Assembly: GCA_964016885.1 (NCBI GenBank)
Contig: OZ024753.1
Coordinates: 45,198,001-45,262,000, forward strand
Origin: Eledone cirrhosa
Taxonomy: Eukaryota
Direction of reading: 5' to 3'
DNA length: 64,000 nt
The position numbers and the translations under genes are program-made. Numbering within the stretch: the stretch's first letter is position 1; each line of letters opens with the position of its first letter. The notes beneath the pieces were generated by a model, which was not told where the DNA came from, did not search any database, and saw nothing but the letters and a program-made list of their open reading frames with translations. This document shows, one piece after another, positions 14,905 to 29,374 of this stretch.

Positions 14905-15430
14905 GGAGCAGCAACAGCAGCAGTAACAGCAGCATAGCAGCAGCAGCAACAGCAGCATAGAAGCAGTAACAACAGCAGCAGTAACAACAGCAGCAGTAAC
15001 AGCAGCACCACCAACAGCAGCAACAGCAGCATAGCAGCAGCATCAACAGCAGCAACAGCAGCATAGAAGCAGTAACAACAGCGGCAGTAACAACAACAAC
15101 AACAGTAACAACAACAACAGCAGCAGCAACAGCAGCATAGCAGCAGTAACAACAGTAGCAGCAGCAGCAGTAACAACAACAGTAACAACAACAACAGTAA
15201 CAACAACAACAGCAGCAGCAAAGCAGCAGTAACAACAACAGTAGCAGCAACAGCAGCAACAACAACAACAACAACAGCAGCAACAGCAGCAACAACAACA
15301 ACAACAGCAGCAGCAGCAGTAACAACAACAACGGCAGCAAAGCAGCAGTAACAACAACAACAACAACAGCAGCAACAGCAGCATAGCAGCAGTAACAACA
15401 ACAGTATCAACAACAACAGTAACAACAACA

Positions 15431-15463
<33 letters not shown>

Positions 15464-15660
15464 GTAACATCAGCAGCGGCAATGACAGCAGCACCAACAA
15501 CAGCAGCAGCGATAACAGCTGTAACTGCAACAGCAGCAGCGACAGTGGTAGTAATAGTAGCAGCAGCAGTAACAGCAGCTGTAGCTGCAACAGCAGCAGT
15601 ATCAGCAGCAGTAGCAGCAGCAGCAGTAGCAGCAGCAGCAGTGACATCAGCAACAGATGT
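14905..15660. repeat. (CAG/CAA)n microsatellite
   Basis: Direct read. Confidence 0.93.
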
Positions 15661-16812
15661 AGTCAGTGTGTGAGACTGTAGCAGTGTGTCTGTGTGCATA
15701 TTTATGTATGTGTTTATGTGTGACAGTATGTATGTATGTATATGTGTATGACTGTATGTATATGTGTATGACTGTATGTATATGTGTATGACTATGTATA
15801 TGTGTATGTATGTATATGTGCATGTGTATCTATGTATGACAGTGTATATGTATATATATGTCTATGACAGTATGTATGTATATGTGTATGTATATATGTG
15901 CAGGTGTATCTATGTATGACAGTGTATATATATATGTCTATGACAGTATGTATGTATATGTGTATGTATATATGTGCAGGTGTATCTATGTATGACAGTG
16001 TATATATATATGTCTATGACAGTATGTATGTATATGTGTACATATATATGTATGACAGTGTATATGTATATATATATATGTCTATGACAGTATGTATGTA
16101 TATGTGTATGCATATATATGTGCATGTTTATCTATGTATGACAGTGTATATGTATGTATATGTCTATGACAGTATGTGTGTATATGTGTATGTATGTATA
16201 TATGTGCATGTGTATCTATGTATGACAGTGTATATGTATGTATATGTCTATGACAGTATGTATGTATATGTGTATGCATATATATGTGCATGTTTATCTA
16301 TGTATGACAGTGTATATGTATGTATATGTCTATGACAGTATGTATGTATATGTGTATGTATGTATATATGTGCATGTGTATCTATGTATGACAGTGTATA
16401 TGTATGTATATGTCTATGACTGTATGTATATGTGTACGTATATATGTACATATGTACGTATATATGTATATGTGTATGTATATATGTACATGTGTATCTA
16501 TGTATATATATGCCTATGACTGTATGTATATGTGTACGTATATATGTGCATGTGTATCTATCTTTGACAGTGTATATATATGTATATATATGTATATATA
16601 TGTCTATGACAGTATGTATGTATTTCCTGGTTCCTTAAATATGTATATATGTGTATGACACTATGTATACATATATATACATAGTGTCATACGCATACAT
16701 ATGCATGCATATATATGTATATATATACATATGTTTATATGTATGTGTATATATATACATGCTAGCGTGGAAGATAGAGGTTAAACGATGATGATGATGT
16801 ATGTATATGAGA

Positions 16813-16865
<53 letters not shown>

Positions 16866-16869
16866 GTCT

Positions 16870-17210
16870 CACTTCGTATACAAGCATCATACAGCCAGCC
16901 TTTCTTTCATAAAAAGAAATATTTTGTTATCAAAAGAGGTCGTAGCTCCTTAAACATCTTCCACCCTGTTGTTATCCAAGCTACTATGCTCTCAATGGAA
17001 CTCCTCTATTGCTAATTAGATTAGGTACCAGAAGCTATCAACTACTTCTATGGATACTATGAGATTGGAAAAAGTTTATATTACTGATTCTTTTACTTCA
17101 AACTATCCCTGTACCTCTGCTACAGACAAAGTTTCCCATTTTCCGTTAGCCTGTTATTCCACTACACCTTTTGTGCACCCATGATTTACATTGTGTACAT
17201 TGAATAAAGC
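16870..17210 (-). pseudogene. Decayed RTE-clade LINE reverse-transcriptase ORF fragment with Cys/His finger
   Basis: Minus translation: FIQCTQCKSWVHKRCSGITG*...NFVCSR...EVVDSFWYL...SIVAWITTGWKMFKELRPLL...WLYDACIRS, with stops and frameshifts. These are typical post-RT motifs of RTE LINEs. Confidence 0.8.
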
Positions 17211-17377
17211 CCCATCATATATTACCTGGTTAATTATGCAGGTGACTAATTTGACTCCTACTTCCCCAGCTGATTCCAGAATCTCAGCAACTACCTCTGA
17301 TTGACTGTTGGGATATTTAAAACATTACTTAAAAATAAATTTCTAAAATAAAATTATGATGAAAGGTTTTAATATAA

Positions 17378-17615
17378 TCATCATCATCATCATCATCATT
17401 GTTTAACGTTTATCTTCCATGTTAGCATGGGTTGAGGCAAGATTGGTCAGGTGACCGTGTCTCACTCGTATAGGACTATCTGGCAGGTTTTCTATGGCTG
17501 GATACCCTTCCTAACACCAACCACGTTTACAGTGTGGACTGGGAGGTTTTTACCGTGTTACCTACACAGCCACATTACAGCGTGGACTGCGTGTTTTTTT
17601 ATTGTGACACCTAAA
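17378..17615 (-). mobile_element. RTE LINE 3' UTR tail ending in (TGA)n
   Basis: Same sequence as 39960-40200 (gtttaacgt..ttccatgttagcatggg...ctatggctggatacccttcctaacaccaacc). Confidence 0.75.
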
Positions 17616-17629
17616 CATTTTTAAATTGA

Positions 17630-17745
17630 GCAGCTGCTGTGTATCAAAGGTTGGTATCAAAAGGATACGTACTATACATACACCTTTGATGAGTTGTAGT
17701 GCACCTGAGCACTGTACACAATAATTTCATTATTTCATTATTGTT
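17630..17745 (+). mobile_element. LINE 3' tail (CR1/L2-like)
   Basis: gtgcacctgagcactgtacacaataatttcattatttcattatt stem-loop plus (ATT)-type tail; clade is inferred. Confidence 0.45.
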
Positions 17746-17751
17746 TATGTA

Positions 17752-17968
17752 CATGGATGATGATCGCTGGGTGAAGAACTGTCGAGTAATGCCAGTGGAA
17801 GGAAGCCAGAGTAGAGGAAGACCAAGGAAGACCTGGATGGAAGTTGTGAGAGCTGATCTCAGATCACTGAAGGAGATGATGAAGGAACACAACAAGTGAA
17901 GAGATGCTGTACTGCGAAAGACATGTCCAAACCATGTGAACATGGAACAACATTTGTAGAATGATGAT
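17752..17968 (+). mobile_element. 5'-truncated RTE LINE 3' end
   Basis: MDDDRWVKNCRVMPVEGSQSRGRPRKTWMEVVRADL (RTE C-terminal GRPRKTW motif) followed by a (TGA)n tail. Confidence 0.85.
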
Positions 17969-18833
17969 ATATATATATTTCACTCTCTCTCCATCTCTCT
18001 CTATCCCTCTCTCTTCATCCCTCTCTATTTCTCTCACTCTCTCTCTCTTCATGTCTCTCTATTTCTCTCACTCTCCTCTCTCACCCTCTCTCTACCTCTC
18101 TCTACCTCTCTCCTATCTCACCACATTCAACACCCCAATATATTTACTCCAAATATAAAACTACCCAAACCACCCAACTTTATCAGGTAAATTATTGATT
18201 ATTTTCCTTTATTCACCCCCTCCCCACCTGGCATATCATCACCTCTATATCCCTGGTGAATATACTCGGGCAGGGGGGGGGGCAAATAGTCTGGCACCAC
18301 CACCACCACCACCACTACCATACCACCACTACTATCACCACCACCACCAAACACCACCACCACCAATATCTCTTCCACACCACCACCACCACCCCCACCA
18401 CCACTAATATCTCCTCCACCCCCACCCCCACCAATACCCCCACCACCACAACACCCCCACCCCCAATATCTCCTCCAGCACCACCACCACCACCACCACC
18501 ACACCACACCTCCACCACCACCACCAACTTCCAGGATATATAAGCTATTTTTAAAAGAAATATTCTATGTCTGTCTGTTAATAGAGAACAGGTTTTAATT
18601 AGTTAATTACTGTTTAATTTTTAACGAGTCATACACGAAGGGAAAGGGGCAGTGCAGGTGACCTTCACAGTAGGGCCCCTAAAACTGTACAGATTCATGT
18701 AATCAATTTAACCCTTTACATAGCAACCCCGCTCAAACTGCCTCTCCTTCTATGAAACATAAACTTTCATTTTAAAGGGTTCCTATCTTAATTAAACTTG
18801 ATATAAAAACCTTTTGTTGAATAATATTACAAA

Positions 18834-20403
18834 TACTATTGTAATATATATATATACTATTGTAATATATATATACTATTGTAATATATATATACTATTG
18901 TAATATATATATATATACTATTGTAATATATATATATATACTATTGTAATATATATATACTATTGTAATATATATATACTATTGTAATATATATATACTA
19001 TTGTAATATATATATATATACTATTGTAATATATATATATACTATTGTAATATATATATACTATTGTAATATATATATACTATTGTAATATAAATATACT
19101 ATTGTAATATATATATACTATTGTAATATATATATACTATTGTAATATATATATACTATTGTAATATATATATATACTATTGTAATATATATATACTATT
19201 GTAATATATATATACTATTGTAATATATATATACTATTGTAATATATATATATACTATTGTAATATATATATATACTATTGTAATATATATATATACTAT
19301 TGTAATATATATATACTATTGTAATATATATATACTATTGTAATATATATATATACTATTGTAATATATATATATACTATTGTAATATATATATACTATT
19401 GTAATATATATATATACTATTGTAATATATATATACTATTGTAATATATATATACTATTGTAATATATATATACTATTGTAATATATATATACTATTGTA
19501 ATATATATATATACTATTGTAATATATATATATACTATTGTAATATATATATATATACTATTGTAATATATATATATATACTATTGTAATATATATATAT
19601 ATACTATTGTAATATATATATATATACTATTGTAATATATATATATACTATTGTAATATATATATATACTATTGTAATATATATATACTATTGTAATATA
19701 TATATATATACTATTGTAATATATATATATACTATTGTAATATATATATATACTATTGTAATATATATATATACTATTGTAATATATATATACTATTGTA
19801 ATATATATATACTATTGTAATATATATATACTATTGTAATATATATATACTATTGTAATATATATATATACTATTGTAATATATATACATATACTATTGT
19901 AATATATATATATATACTATTGTAATATATATATATATACTATTGTAATATATATATATATACTATTGTAATATATATATATATACTATTGTAATATATA
20001 TATATATACTATTGTAATATATATATATATACTATTGTAATATATATATACTATTGTAATATATATATATACTATTGTAATATATATATATACTATTGTA
20101 ATATATATATATATATACTATTGTAATATATATATATACTATTGTAATATATATATATACTATTGTAATATATATATACTATTGTAATATATATATACTA
20201 TTGTAATATATATATACTATTGTAATATATATATACTATTGTAATATATATATACTATTGTAATATATATATACTATTGTAATATATATATACTATTGTA
20301 ATATATATATACTATTGTAATATATATATACTATTGTAATATATATATACTATTGTAATATATATATACTATTGTAATATATATATACTATTGTAATATA
20401 TAT
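18834..20403. repeat. tactattgtaa(ta)n VNTR, ~20-26 bp units
   Basis: Direct read. Confidence 0.97.
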
Positions 20404-20725
20404 ACATATATATGTATATTTCGTTTCTGAATTTGTTTAGCAAGATTCTTTATCTGAAAACGTGTGTTGAAACCGATATTGTTAAATTTATAATAAATTG
20501 GAGTGAAAGCAACTGGTGCGTGTGTTTCTTATTGGCAACATGACCCTACCAAAGCATAACAATATATATATATATACATTGTTATATATTGTTATACTTG
20601 GGGAGGGTCATGTTGTTATAATATTGCCAGAAATAATAACAGAACACACTCACTGTTTGGTTTGGGTTGGTTTTCACTTCTGTATCTTTTATATCTCCAT
20701 AGTTAGCGCCATGCTGGGGAACCGA

Positions 20726-20800
<75 letters not shown>

Positions 20801-21530
20801 CTTTCACGTCAATATCATTTATTTCCAAGTCAGAAATTTTAAAGAATTATCTAGAAGAAAAGCTAAAGTCATCTCTCTCTCTCTCTCTCTCTCTAGCCAC
20901 CACCACTACCATCATTATTCCATTTTCACCATCCCCACATATCTACCACATACACCACCACACCATCCCTACCACCATCCCCACCACCATACCGCTACCA
21001 TCTCCACCCTCCCCACCATCACACCACCACCATCTAACAAAAGAAACATTTTATTTATGTTCCGGAGACCCCACCATCACCACCCCCACCCCAACCACCA
21101 CCACTACCACCACCCACCACACCATCACCCACCACACCACTACCACTACCACCACCCACCACACACCTCCACCACCACCCACCACACACCTCCACCACCA
21201 CCCACCACACACCACCACCACCACCACGACCACCACCACCACCACCACGACCACCCGTCATTACCACCACCAACCACCACCACCACCCCACCACCCCACT
21301 ACCACCCACCACACCACCACCACCACCACACACCTCCACCACCACCACCCACCACACACCACCACCACCACTACCAAATATTGTACAATTTAATTATTGC
21401 TAAGTTGTTGTATTAGTCTGCTTTCTTATCAATACTGCATTAAAGACTTTTAACATCACCTACCACACACTTGTATATATATATATATACATACATATAT
21501 ATATACATACATACATATATATATAGGTAC

Positions 21531-21561
<31 letters not shown>

Positions 21562-21694
21562 CATGCACACACCAACACATATTTCTATATCAGTACTCAA
21601 TACTTCATTTAAATCAACTACCCTCTTCAACACACTTATATACAGCCTTGTACCTACATACACATATATATATATATATGTATATATATGTATA

Positions 21695-21798
<104 letters not shown>

Positions 21799-22135
21799 TA
21801 GAGAGAGAGAGAGAGAATAATAGCTAACTAGCTAAAAAGATAGATTAGAGAGAGAGAGAAAGAGAGAGGGTGGGGGAAGAAAAGATAAACAAATATAAAT
21901 ACAATAAATCAAAATTTAATATTTTAAAACTCTTAATTTTTTTAATGTCTTTTTTTCTTCACTTAAATGGAAATTGGTTTTTTAAAAAAAATTCTTCATA
22001 TTAGTACACTGTAGCAAATATCATCATCATCATCACTGTTCCATGCTAGCATGGGTTGGACAGATCCGTTCCAACAAACCCTCCCTCCACTTGTTAAATT
22101 ACTTTCTCATCTTTTCTATCAGATTCAGCAATTTG

Positions 22136-24947
22136 AGGTCAGTCTAAGACACCCGTGTAAGGTGTCCTGACAAGGTAAAGGTCAGTCTAAGACACCCGTG
22201 TAAGGTGTCCTGACAAGGTAAAGGTCAGTCTAAGACACCCGTGTAAGGTGTCCTGACAAGGTAAAGGTCAGTCTAAGACACCTGTGTAAGGTGTCCTGAC
22301 AAGGTAAAGGTCAGTCTAAGACACCCGTGTAAGGTGTCCTGACAAGGTAAAGGTCAGTCTAAGACACCTGTGTAAGGTGTCCTGACAAGGTAAAGGTCAG
22401 TCTAAGACACCTGTGTAAGGTGTCCTGATAAAGTAAAGGTCAGTCTAAGACACCCGTGTAAGGTGTCCTGACAAGGTAAAGGTCAGTCTAAGACACCTGT
22501 GTAAGGTGTCCTGACAAGGTAAAGGTCAGTCTAAGACACCCGTGTAAGGTGTCCTGACAAGGTATAGGTCAGTCCATGACACCTGTGTAAGGTGTCCTGA
22601 CAAGGTAAAGGTCAGTCTAAGACACCTGTGTAAGGTGTCCTGACAAGGTATAGGTCAGTCCATGACACCTGTGTAAGGTGTCCTGACAAGGTAGAGGTCA
22701 GTCTAAGACACCTGTGTAAGGTGTCCTGACAAGGTAGAGATCAGTCTAAGACACCTGTGTAAGGTGTCCTGACAAGGTAGAGGTCAGTCTAAGACACCTG
22801 TGTAAGGTGTCCTGACAAGGTAAAGGTCAGTCTAAGACACCTGTGTAAGGTGTCCTGACAAGGTAAAGGTCAGTCTAAGACACCTGTGTAAGGTGTCCTG
22901 ACAAGGTATAGGTCAGTCTAAGACACCTGTGTAAGGTGTCCTGACAAGGTAAAGGTCAGTCTAAGACACCTGTGTAAGGTGTCCTGACAAGGTAAAGGTC
23001 AGTCTAAGACACCCGTGTAAGGTGTCCTGACAAGGTATAGGTCAGTCCATGACACCTGTGTAAGGTGTCCTGACAAGGTAAAGGTCAGTCTAAGACACCT
23101 GTGTAAGGTGTCCTGACAAGGTATAGGTCAGTCCATGACACCTGTGTAAGGTGTCCTGACAAGGTAGAGGTCAGTCTAAGACACCTGTGTAAGGTGTCCT
23201 GACAAGGTAGAGATCAGTCTAAGACACCTGTGTAAGGTGTCCTGACAAGGTAGAGGTCAGTCTAAGACACCTGTGTAAGGTGTCCTGACAAGGTAGAGAT
23301 CAGTCTAAGACACCTGTGTAAGGTGTCCTGACAAAGTAGAGGTCAGTCTAAGACACCTGTGTAAGGTGTCCTGACAAGGTAGAGGTCAGTCCATGACACC
23401 TGTGTAAGGTGTCCTGACAAGGTAGAGGTCAGTCTAAGACACCTGTGTAAGGTGTCCTGACAAGGTAGAGGTCAGTCCATGACACCTGTGTAAGGTGTCC
23501 TGACAAGGTAGAGGTCAGTCTAAGACACCTGTGTAAGGTGTCCTGACAAGGTAGAGGTCAGTCTAAGACACCTGTGTAAGGTGTCCTGACAAGGTAGAGG
23601 TCAGTCCATGACACCTGTGTAAGGTGTCCTGACAAGGTAGAGGTCAGTCTAAGACACCTGTGTAAGGTGTCCTGACAAGGTAGAGGTCAGTCCATGACAC
23701 CTGTGTAAGGTGTCCTGACAAGGTAGAGGTCAGTCTAAGACACCTGTGTAAGGTGTCCTGACAAGGTAGAGGTCTGTCTAAGACACCTGTGTAAGGTGTC
23801 CTGACAAGGTAGAGATCAGTCTAAGACACCTGTGTAAGGTGTCCTGACAAGGTAGAGGTCAGTCTAAGACACCTGTGTAAGGTGTCCTGACAAGGTAGAG
23901 GTCAGTCCATGACACCTGTGTAAGGTGTCCTGACAAGGTAGAGGTCAGTCTAAGACACCTGTGTAAGGTGTCCTGACAAGGTAGAGGTCAGTCCATGACA
24001 CCTGTGTAAGGTGTCCTGACAAGGTAGAGGTCAGTCTAAGACACCTGTGTAAGGTGTCCTGACAAGGTAGAGGTCAGTCTAAGACACCTGTGTAAGGTGT
24101 CCTGACAAGGTAGAGATCAGTCTAAGACACCTGTGTAAGGTGTCCTGACAAGGTAGAGGTCAGTCTAAGACACCTGTGTAAGGTGTCCTGACAAGGTAGA
24201 GGTCAGTCCATGACACCTGTGTAAGGTGTCCTGACAAGGTAGAGGTCAGTCTAAGACACCTGTGTAAGGTGTCCTGACAAGGTAGAGGTCAGTCCATGAC
24301 ACCTGTGTAAGGTGTCCTGACAAGGTAGAGGTCAGTCTAAGACACCTGTGTAAGGTGTCCTGACAAGGTAGAGGTCAGTCCATGACACCTGTGTAAGGTG
24401 TCCTGACAAGGTAGAGGTCAGTCTAAGACACCTGTGTAAGGTGTCCTGACAAGGTAGAGGTCAGTCCATGACACCTGTATAAGGTGTCCTGACAAGGTAG
24501 AGGTCAGTCTAAGACACCTGTGTAAGGTGTCCTGACAAGGTAGAGGTCAGTCTAAGACACCTGTGTAAGGTGTCCTGACAAGGTAGAGGTCTGTCTAAGA
24601 CACCTGTGTAAGGTGTCCTGACAAGGTAGAGGTCAGTCCATGACACCTGTGTAAGGTGTCCTGACAAGGTAGAGGTCAGTCTAAGACACCTGTGTAAGGT
24701 GTCCTGACAAGGTAGAGGTCAGTCTAAAACACCTGTGTAAGGTGTCCTGACAAGGTAGAGGTCAGTCTAAGACACCTGTGTAAGGTGTCCTGACAAGGTA
24801 GAGGTCAGTCCATGACACCTGTGTAAGGTGTCCTGACAAGGTAGAGGTCAGTCTAAGACACCTGTGTAAGGTGTCCTGACAAGGTATAGATCAGTCTAAG
24901 ACACCTGTGTAAGGTGTCCTGACAAGGTATAGGTCAGTCTAAGACAT
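22136..24947. repeat. 43-bp hairpin-forming minisatellite, ~65 copies
   Basis: Unit ggtcagtctaagacacctgtgtaaggtgtcctgacaaggtaga; period checked at 22141, 22184 and 22227. Confidence 0.97.
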
Positions 24948-24954
24948 AGGTAGC

Positions 24955-25035
24955 ACAAGAGACTTACCCAAGGTGCCACACAGTAGGACTGAACTTAAAA
25001 CCACAGTTTAAAAGTGAACTCCTAACACACTCACA
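24955..25035 (-). mobile_element. CORE-type tRNA SINE head fragment
   Basis: gacttacccaaggtgccacacagtaggactgaac is the reverse of a B box plus accttgggtaagtc CORE-like motif. Confidence 0.6.
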
Positions 25036-25269
25036 CCAACGCACTAGCTATGCCTGGTTACTAACTGGCTTCCATATAAATAAATGTGCCAAGTAGTTTG
25101 TTAGTCAACATTGCTACTTGAACAGTGATGACTGTCACAGATCTCACTAAACAGTCTTTGGAACTGGTAAGATGTAAGATTACTAAATGTCAACAGTATT
25201 TAGTATTGCTTCATAAGTTTCTACCTGTTTTTGGTAGTAGTGATGTTTCTTTAATGGCTCGGCAGGAAG

Positions 25270-26365
25270 TGTTGTGGTGTGGTGTGGTGCAGTGTTGTGT
25301 GGTGGTGTGGTTGTAGTGGTGTAAAGTAGTAGTGTGGTGATGTGTGGTTGTAGTGGAGTGAAGCGGTGGTGTGGTGGTGTGGTTGTTGTGGTGTGGAGTA
25401 GTGGTGTGGTGGTGTGGTTGTAGTGGAGTGAAGCGGTGGTGTGGTGGTGTGGTTGTTGTGGTGTGGAGTAGTAGTGTGGTGATGTGTGGTTGTAGTGGTG
25501 TGGTGATGTGTGATTGTAGTGGAATGGAGTAGTAGTGTGGTCATGTGTGGTTGTACTGGAGTGAAGCGGTGGTGTGGTGGTGTGGTTGTTGTGGTGTGGA
25601 GTAGTAGTGTGGTGATGTGTGGTTGTAGTGGAATGGAGTAGTAGTGTGGTGATGTGTGGTTGTACTGGAGTGAAGCGGTGGTGTGGTGGTGTGGTTGTTG
25701 TGGTGTGGAGTAGTAGTGTGGTGATGTGTGGTTGTAGTGGAATGGAGTAGTAGTGTGGTGATGTGTGGTTGTACTGGAGTGAAGCGGTGGTGTGGTGGTG
25801 TGGTTGTTGTGGTGTGGAGTAGTAGTGTGGTGATGTGTGGTTGTAGTGGAATGGAGTAGTAGTGTGGTGATGTGTGGTTGTACTGGAGTGAAGCGGTGGT
25901 GTGGTGGTGTGGTTGTAGTGGAGTGAAGCGGTGGTGTGGTGGTGTGGTTGTAGTGGAGTGAAGCGGTGGTGTGGTGGTGTGGTTGTTGTGGTGTGGAGTA
26001 GTAGTGTGGTGATGTGTGGTTGTACTGGAGTGAAGCGGTGGTGTGGTGGTGTGGTTGTAGTGGAGTGAAGCGGTGGTGTGGTGGTGTGGTTGTAGTGGAG
26101 TGAAGCGGTGGTGTGGTGGTGTGGTTGTTGTGGTGTGGAGTAGTAGTGTGGTGATGTATGGTTGTAGTGGAATGGAGTAGTAGTGTGGTGATGTGGTGGT
26201 GTGGTTGTTGTGGTGTGGAGTAGTAGTGTGGTGATGTGTGGTTGTAGTGGAGTGGAGTAGTAGTGTGGTGATGTGTGGTGTGGTTGTTGTGGTGTGGAGT
26301 AGTAGTGTGGTGATGTGGTGGTGTGGTTGTTGTGGTGTGGAGTAGTAGTGTTGTGATGTGGTGTA
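25270..26365. repeat. GT-rich compound minisatellite
   Basis: Alternating ~26-29 bp units such as gtagtggagtgaagcggtggtgtggtggt. Confidence 0.9.
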
Positions 26366-26458
26366 GTTGGTCATTCTTTGGTAAATATATGACTATATTT
26401 AGTCATATGATGCAAAAGTTGTTGATGTAATTACGAAATTTTATACATATTTACTTCC

Positions 26459-26540
<82 letters not shown>

Positions 26541-26685
26541 AATTGAAATACTAGAGAGCGTTGGAGTTAAACACACTCATATTATAGAAATGACAGTATA
26601 AGATATAGCTCAATGTAATCCAACAGAGCCGAAGAATTATAAAAAATAAACAAAGAAGCCTTCAATACATCAAAAGTCTTTATTA

Positions 26686-26728
26686 GCCAACAATGTTTTG
26701 TCCCATTAATAAGGACTCATCAGGGCAA
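26686..26728 (-). ncRNA. Hammerhead ribozyme, probably inactive copy (G12 changed to A)
   Basis: ttgcc-CTGATGA-gtcc ttattaatg ggac-aaaa-cattg-tt-ggc; lies in element ~26538-26810, homologous to 30581-30802. Confidence 0.7.
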
Positions 26729-27276
26729 GTAAAGATACAAGAAGCATTAACGGCCAGAACAATCCCAAACTCAGAAGAATAGGGAATTTATATCTATGAA
26801 AGCTTAGGAAAGATATCAAGGAAAAGCATGCTAAAGCTAAAAGTATATATATTATATATATAGTCATTATATATATATATATATATAAAAACACACAGAG
26901 ACACACACACAATAAAAGATACATGTTTTAAATACATAAAAACAATGAAGATTTCACTAAATAAAGGACTCAATACATGTGCATGCATGTGATATTCATT
27001 ATAATTTGTTGGCAGGGACTTCTAGAAAAGTCCTCGTCAAAACCAGTGGAGCGTCTATCAATATATCGCTAATTCACTGTTAGTTAACTCTTTCGTTGCC
27101 ATAGTTCCACTAAAAGACTGCCTAAGATTTATAAAGAATTTTACAAACAATCAAGAATTTCTGTTATAAATCTGGTGTATGGAACATAACTTAATAAAGG
27201 TTCTTTACATAAAATTATGATGAATGGTTTATAGATTAACACATGCAAGCATGGAAAAATGGATGTAAAGACAATA

Positions 27277-27463
27277 ATTGTTTCTACTTTTGGCACAAGG
27301 CCAGCAATTATCCCAGTGTATTACTGGTACTTTATTTTATCAACCCCATAATGATGTAAGGCAAAGTTAACTTCAACGGGATTTGAACTCAGACCGTAAA
27401 GGGCCGTAACTCTATGCTGCAAAGCATGGCATCCGACCCTTTACCAATACTGCCAATCCACCA
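27277..27463 (-). mobile_element. S1 SINE
   Basis: Similarity to 6068-6246. Confidence 0.85.
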
Positions 27464-28865
27464 ATATATAAAGTAATAATAATAACATATTTTATTTTTA
27501 ATTATTATTAACCTCTTTTTAATTGATTTTATTTCAATGTTATTTTTTTTAATTGTTTTTGTTGTAGGTGTTTTTATAGTTTTCTTTCAGGTTCTTTTTC
27601 ATGAACATCTCTCTTTTTAATCAGCTTACAACAACAACAACAACAACAGTAGCAACCACAATAACATGAATGGCTGTTAGACATGGTATTTAATTAACAG
27701 AAACAACATTACACCTGCCTTCACTAGAAACATTATATATATATGCAAGCATGGAAAACGGAAGTAAAAGCGATGATATATATATACATGTATATGTGTA
27801 TGTGTATATATATATACACACACATGTGTATATATATATACTATATAGTCTCTTCTTTCAGTGTGCTTATACATAAGGGTTTTTAACTAACATGTCCTCA
27901 CTTTTATTCATCTAAGATCTGTAGGCTTTGGGGTGGGGGAGGGGGGGGGGGGGGAGATGTGAAGCAATACATGTTCATACATACACAAGGGGTTTAGCTA
28001 ACATATCCTTCTGACTCTGAGCTCAAATGCTGTAAACAAATAAAACTACATGTCTGTACCAGAGCAGACTTCTCACTCAAACTGTAAGACATTGGATGCC
28101 ATTTCTAAATTATAAAATGTGTAAAAATATTTGGTGTCTATGTTGTTCTGTCAGGAGTTGTAACCAATAGATAGTATCAGTGGCGGAAAGACCAATAAAA
28201 CATTGTTTCCCTCGGTCCTCATTTGACAAGTTCCACCCATACTGGGTAAGCAAATGAAGTTGGGGTCTTGTCAATAGAACTCTATGCCATATGTTGTTGG
28301 AATACGAAATTTCATGAGAGCCATAATATCGTCTGTTGTTGTTGTTGATGTTACCTTAACTTCAGACCCAGCAGGTCTACTGTCAAAATCTTCATCAACA
28401 TCCTGTGGATTTCACTGAGTTACAAGTATTTAAGATTTGATACAACTCTCTGTCATTTCGGGTTAACTTCATCCTTTCCTCACACCTGTCTTAGGAAGCC
28501 CTAAAAAAATACATGAATAACGAGTGCTGCCCTCTGCCCCTTTCACTAAATTATGCACACACCATCATCATCATAGTTTTTATATCAACCTTTTTCATGC
28601 TGGCATCATGTGGATGGGGGGAACTTTTTGAAGACATGTTTTACAGCAGGATACCCTTCTTGACACCAACCCTTTCAGTTATTTCTTATCAGCAGAAATA
28701 TAGTGTACCCATTCTAAACAGGCACACACACATATATATGCATATATATATATATATATGTTTATATATATTAATAAATATTTGCTCTACGGTTCTTATA
28801 TATTTGATATATATTTATCCTTATCGAGCTCTCTTTGGATTTTAGTCCTTCAAATTTATTATTAT

Positions 28866-28899
<34 letters not shown>

Positions 28900-28905
<6 letters not shown>

Positions 28906-29107
28906 ACTAGAAATTGATTAACATGAATTATCTCCTCTGATTATTCATGTTTATTTATATGTTAATCAATTTCTAGTTATTATAAAATGCTCGGACCTAC
29001 TCGTTAGAATCTTAGAGCTTATTTTGCGGGTGATATGGCGCATGTCTTTCTGGCATGACACCCATATTTTGATTTAGATTAAATTCATTTGATTTATCTT
29101 AATTTTG

Positions 29108-29110
<3 letters not shown>
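28900..29110. mobile_element. (TA)n-inserted element with short 5' inversion (second copy 42720-43042)
   Basis: taataactagaaattgattaacat is inverted against atgttaatcaatttctagttatta; the following ~170 bp are nearly identical in both copies. Confidence 0.7.
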
Positions 29111-29141
<31 letters not shown>

Positions 29142-29249
29142 TCATTATATATATATATATATTATATATATATAACAAAGAAGGTATAGATCTAGCTGTC
29201 AAAAAGGCCAGAGCTCAGCTGTTGGGGTCCTGACTCTTTTCCTACACAC

Positions 29250-29295
<46 letters not shown>

Positions 29296-29374
29296 ATTCC
29301 GGGTTGAATCGGAGGTAACCACAGTAAGTAAGGTACTCAATACATAGCAGAGTATAAATGTTTTAATATATAGA

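Noticed and set aside
22136-24947. CRISPR-like appearance of palindromic repeats (also 2447-4137, 58315-58755, 61019-62172)
   Set aside because: The units are head-to-tail with no unique spacers, no cas genes are present, and the context is eukaryotic.
25126-25166. Possible 41-nt plus-strand micro-exon (aacag|...CTG|gtaaga)
   Set aside because: Good donor but no polypyrimidine tract; the peptide MTVTDLTKQSLEL is unrecognised and has no partner exons.
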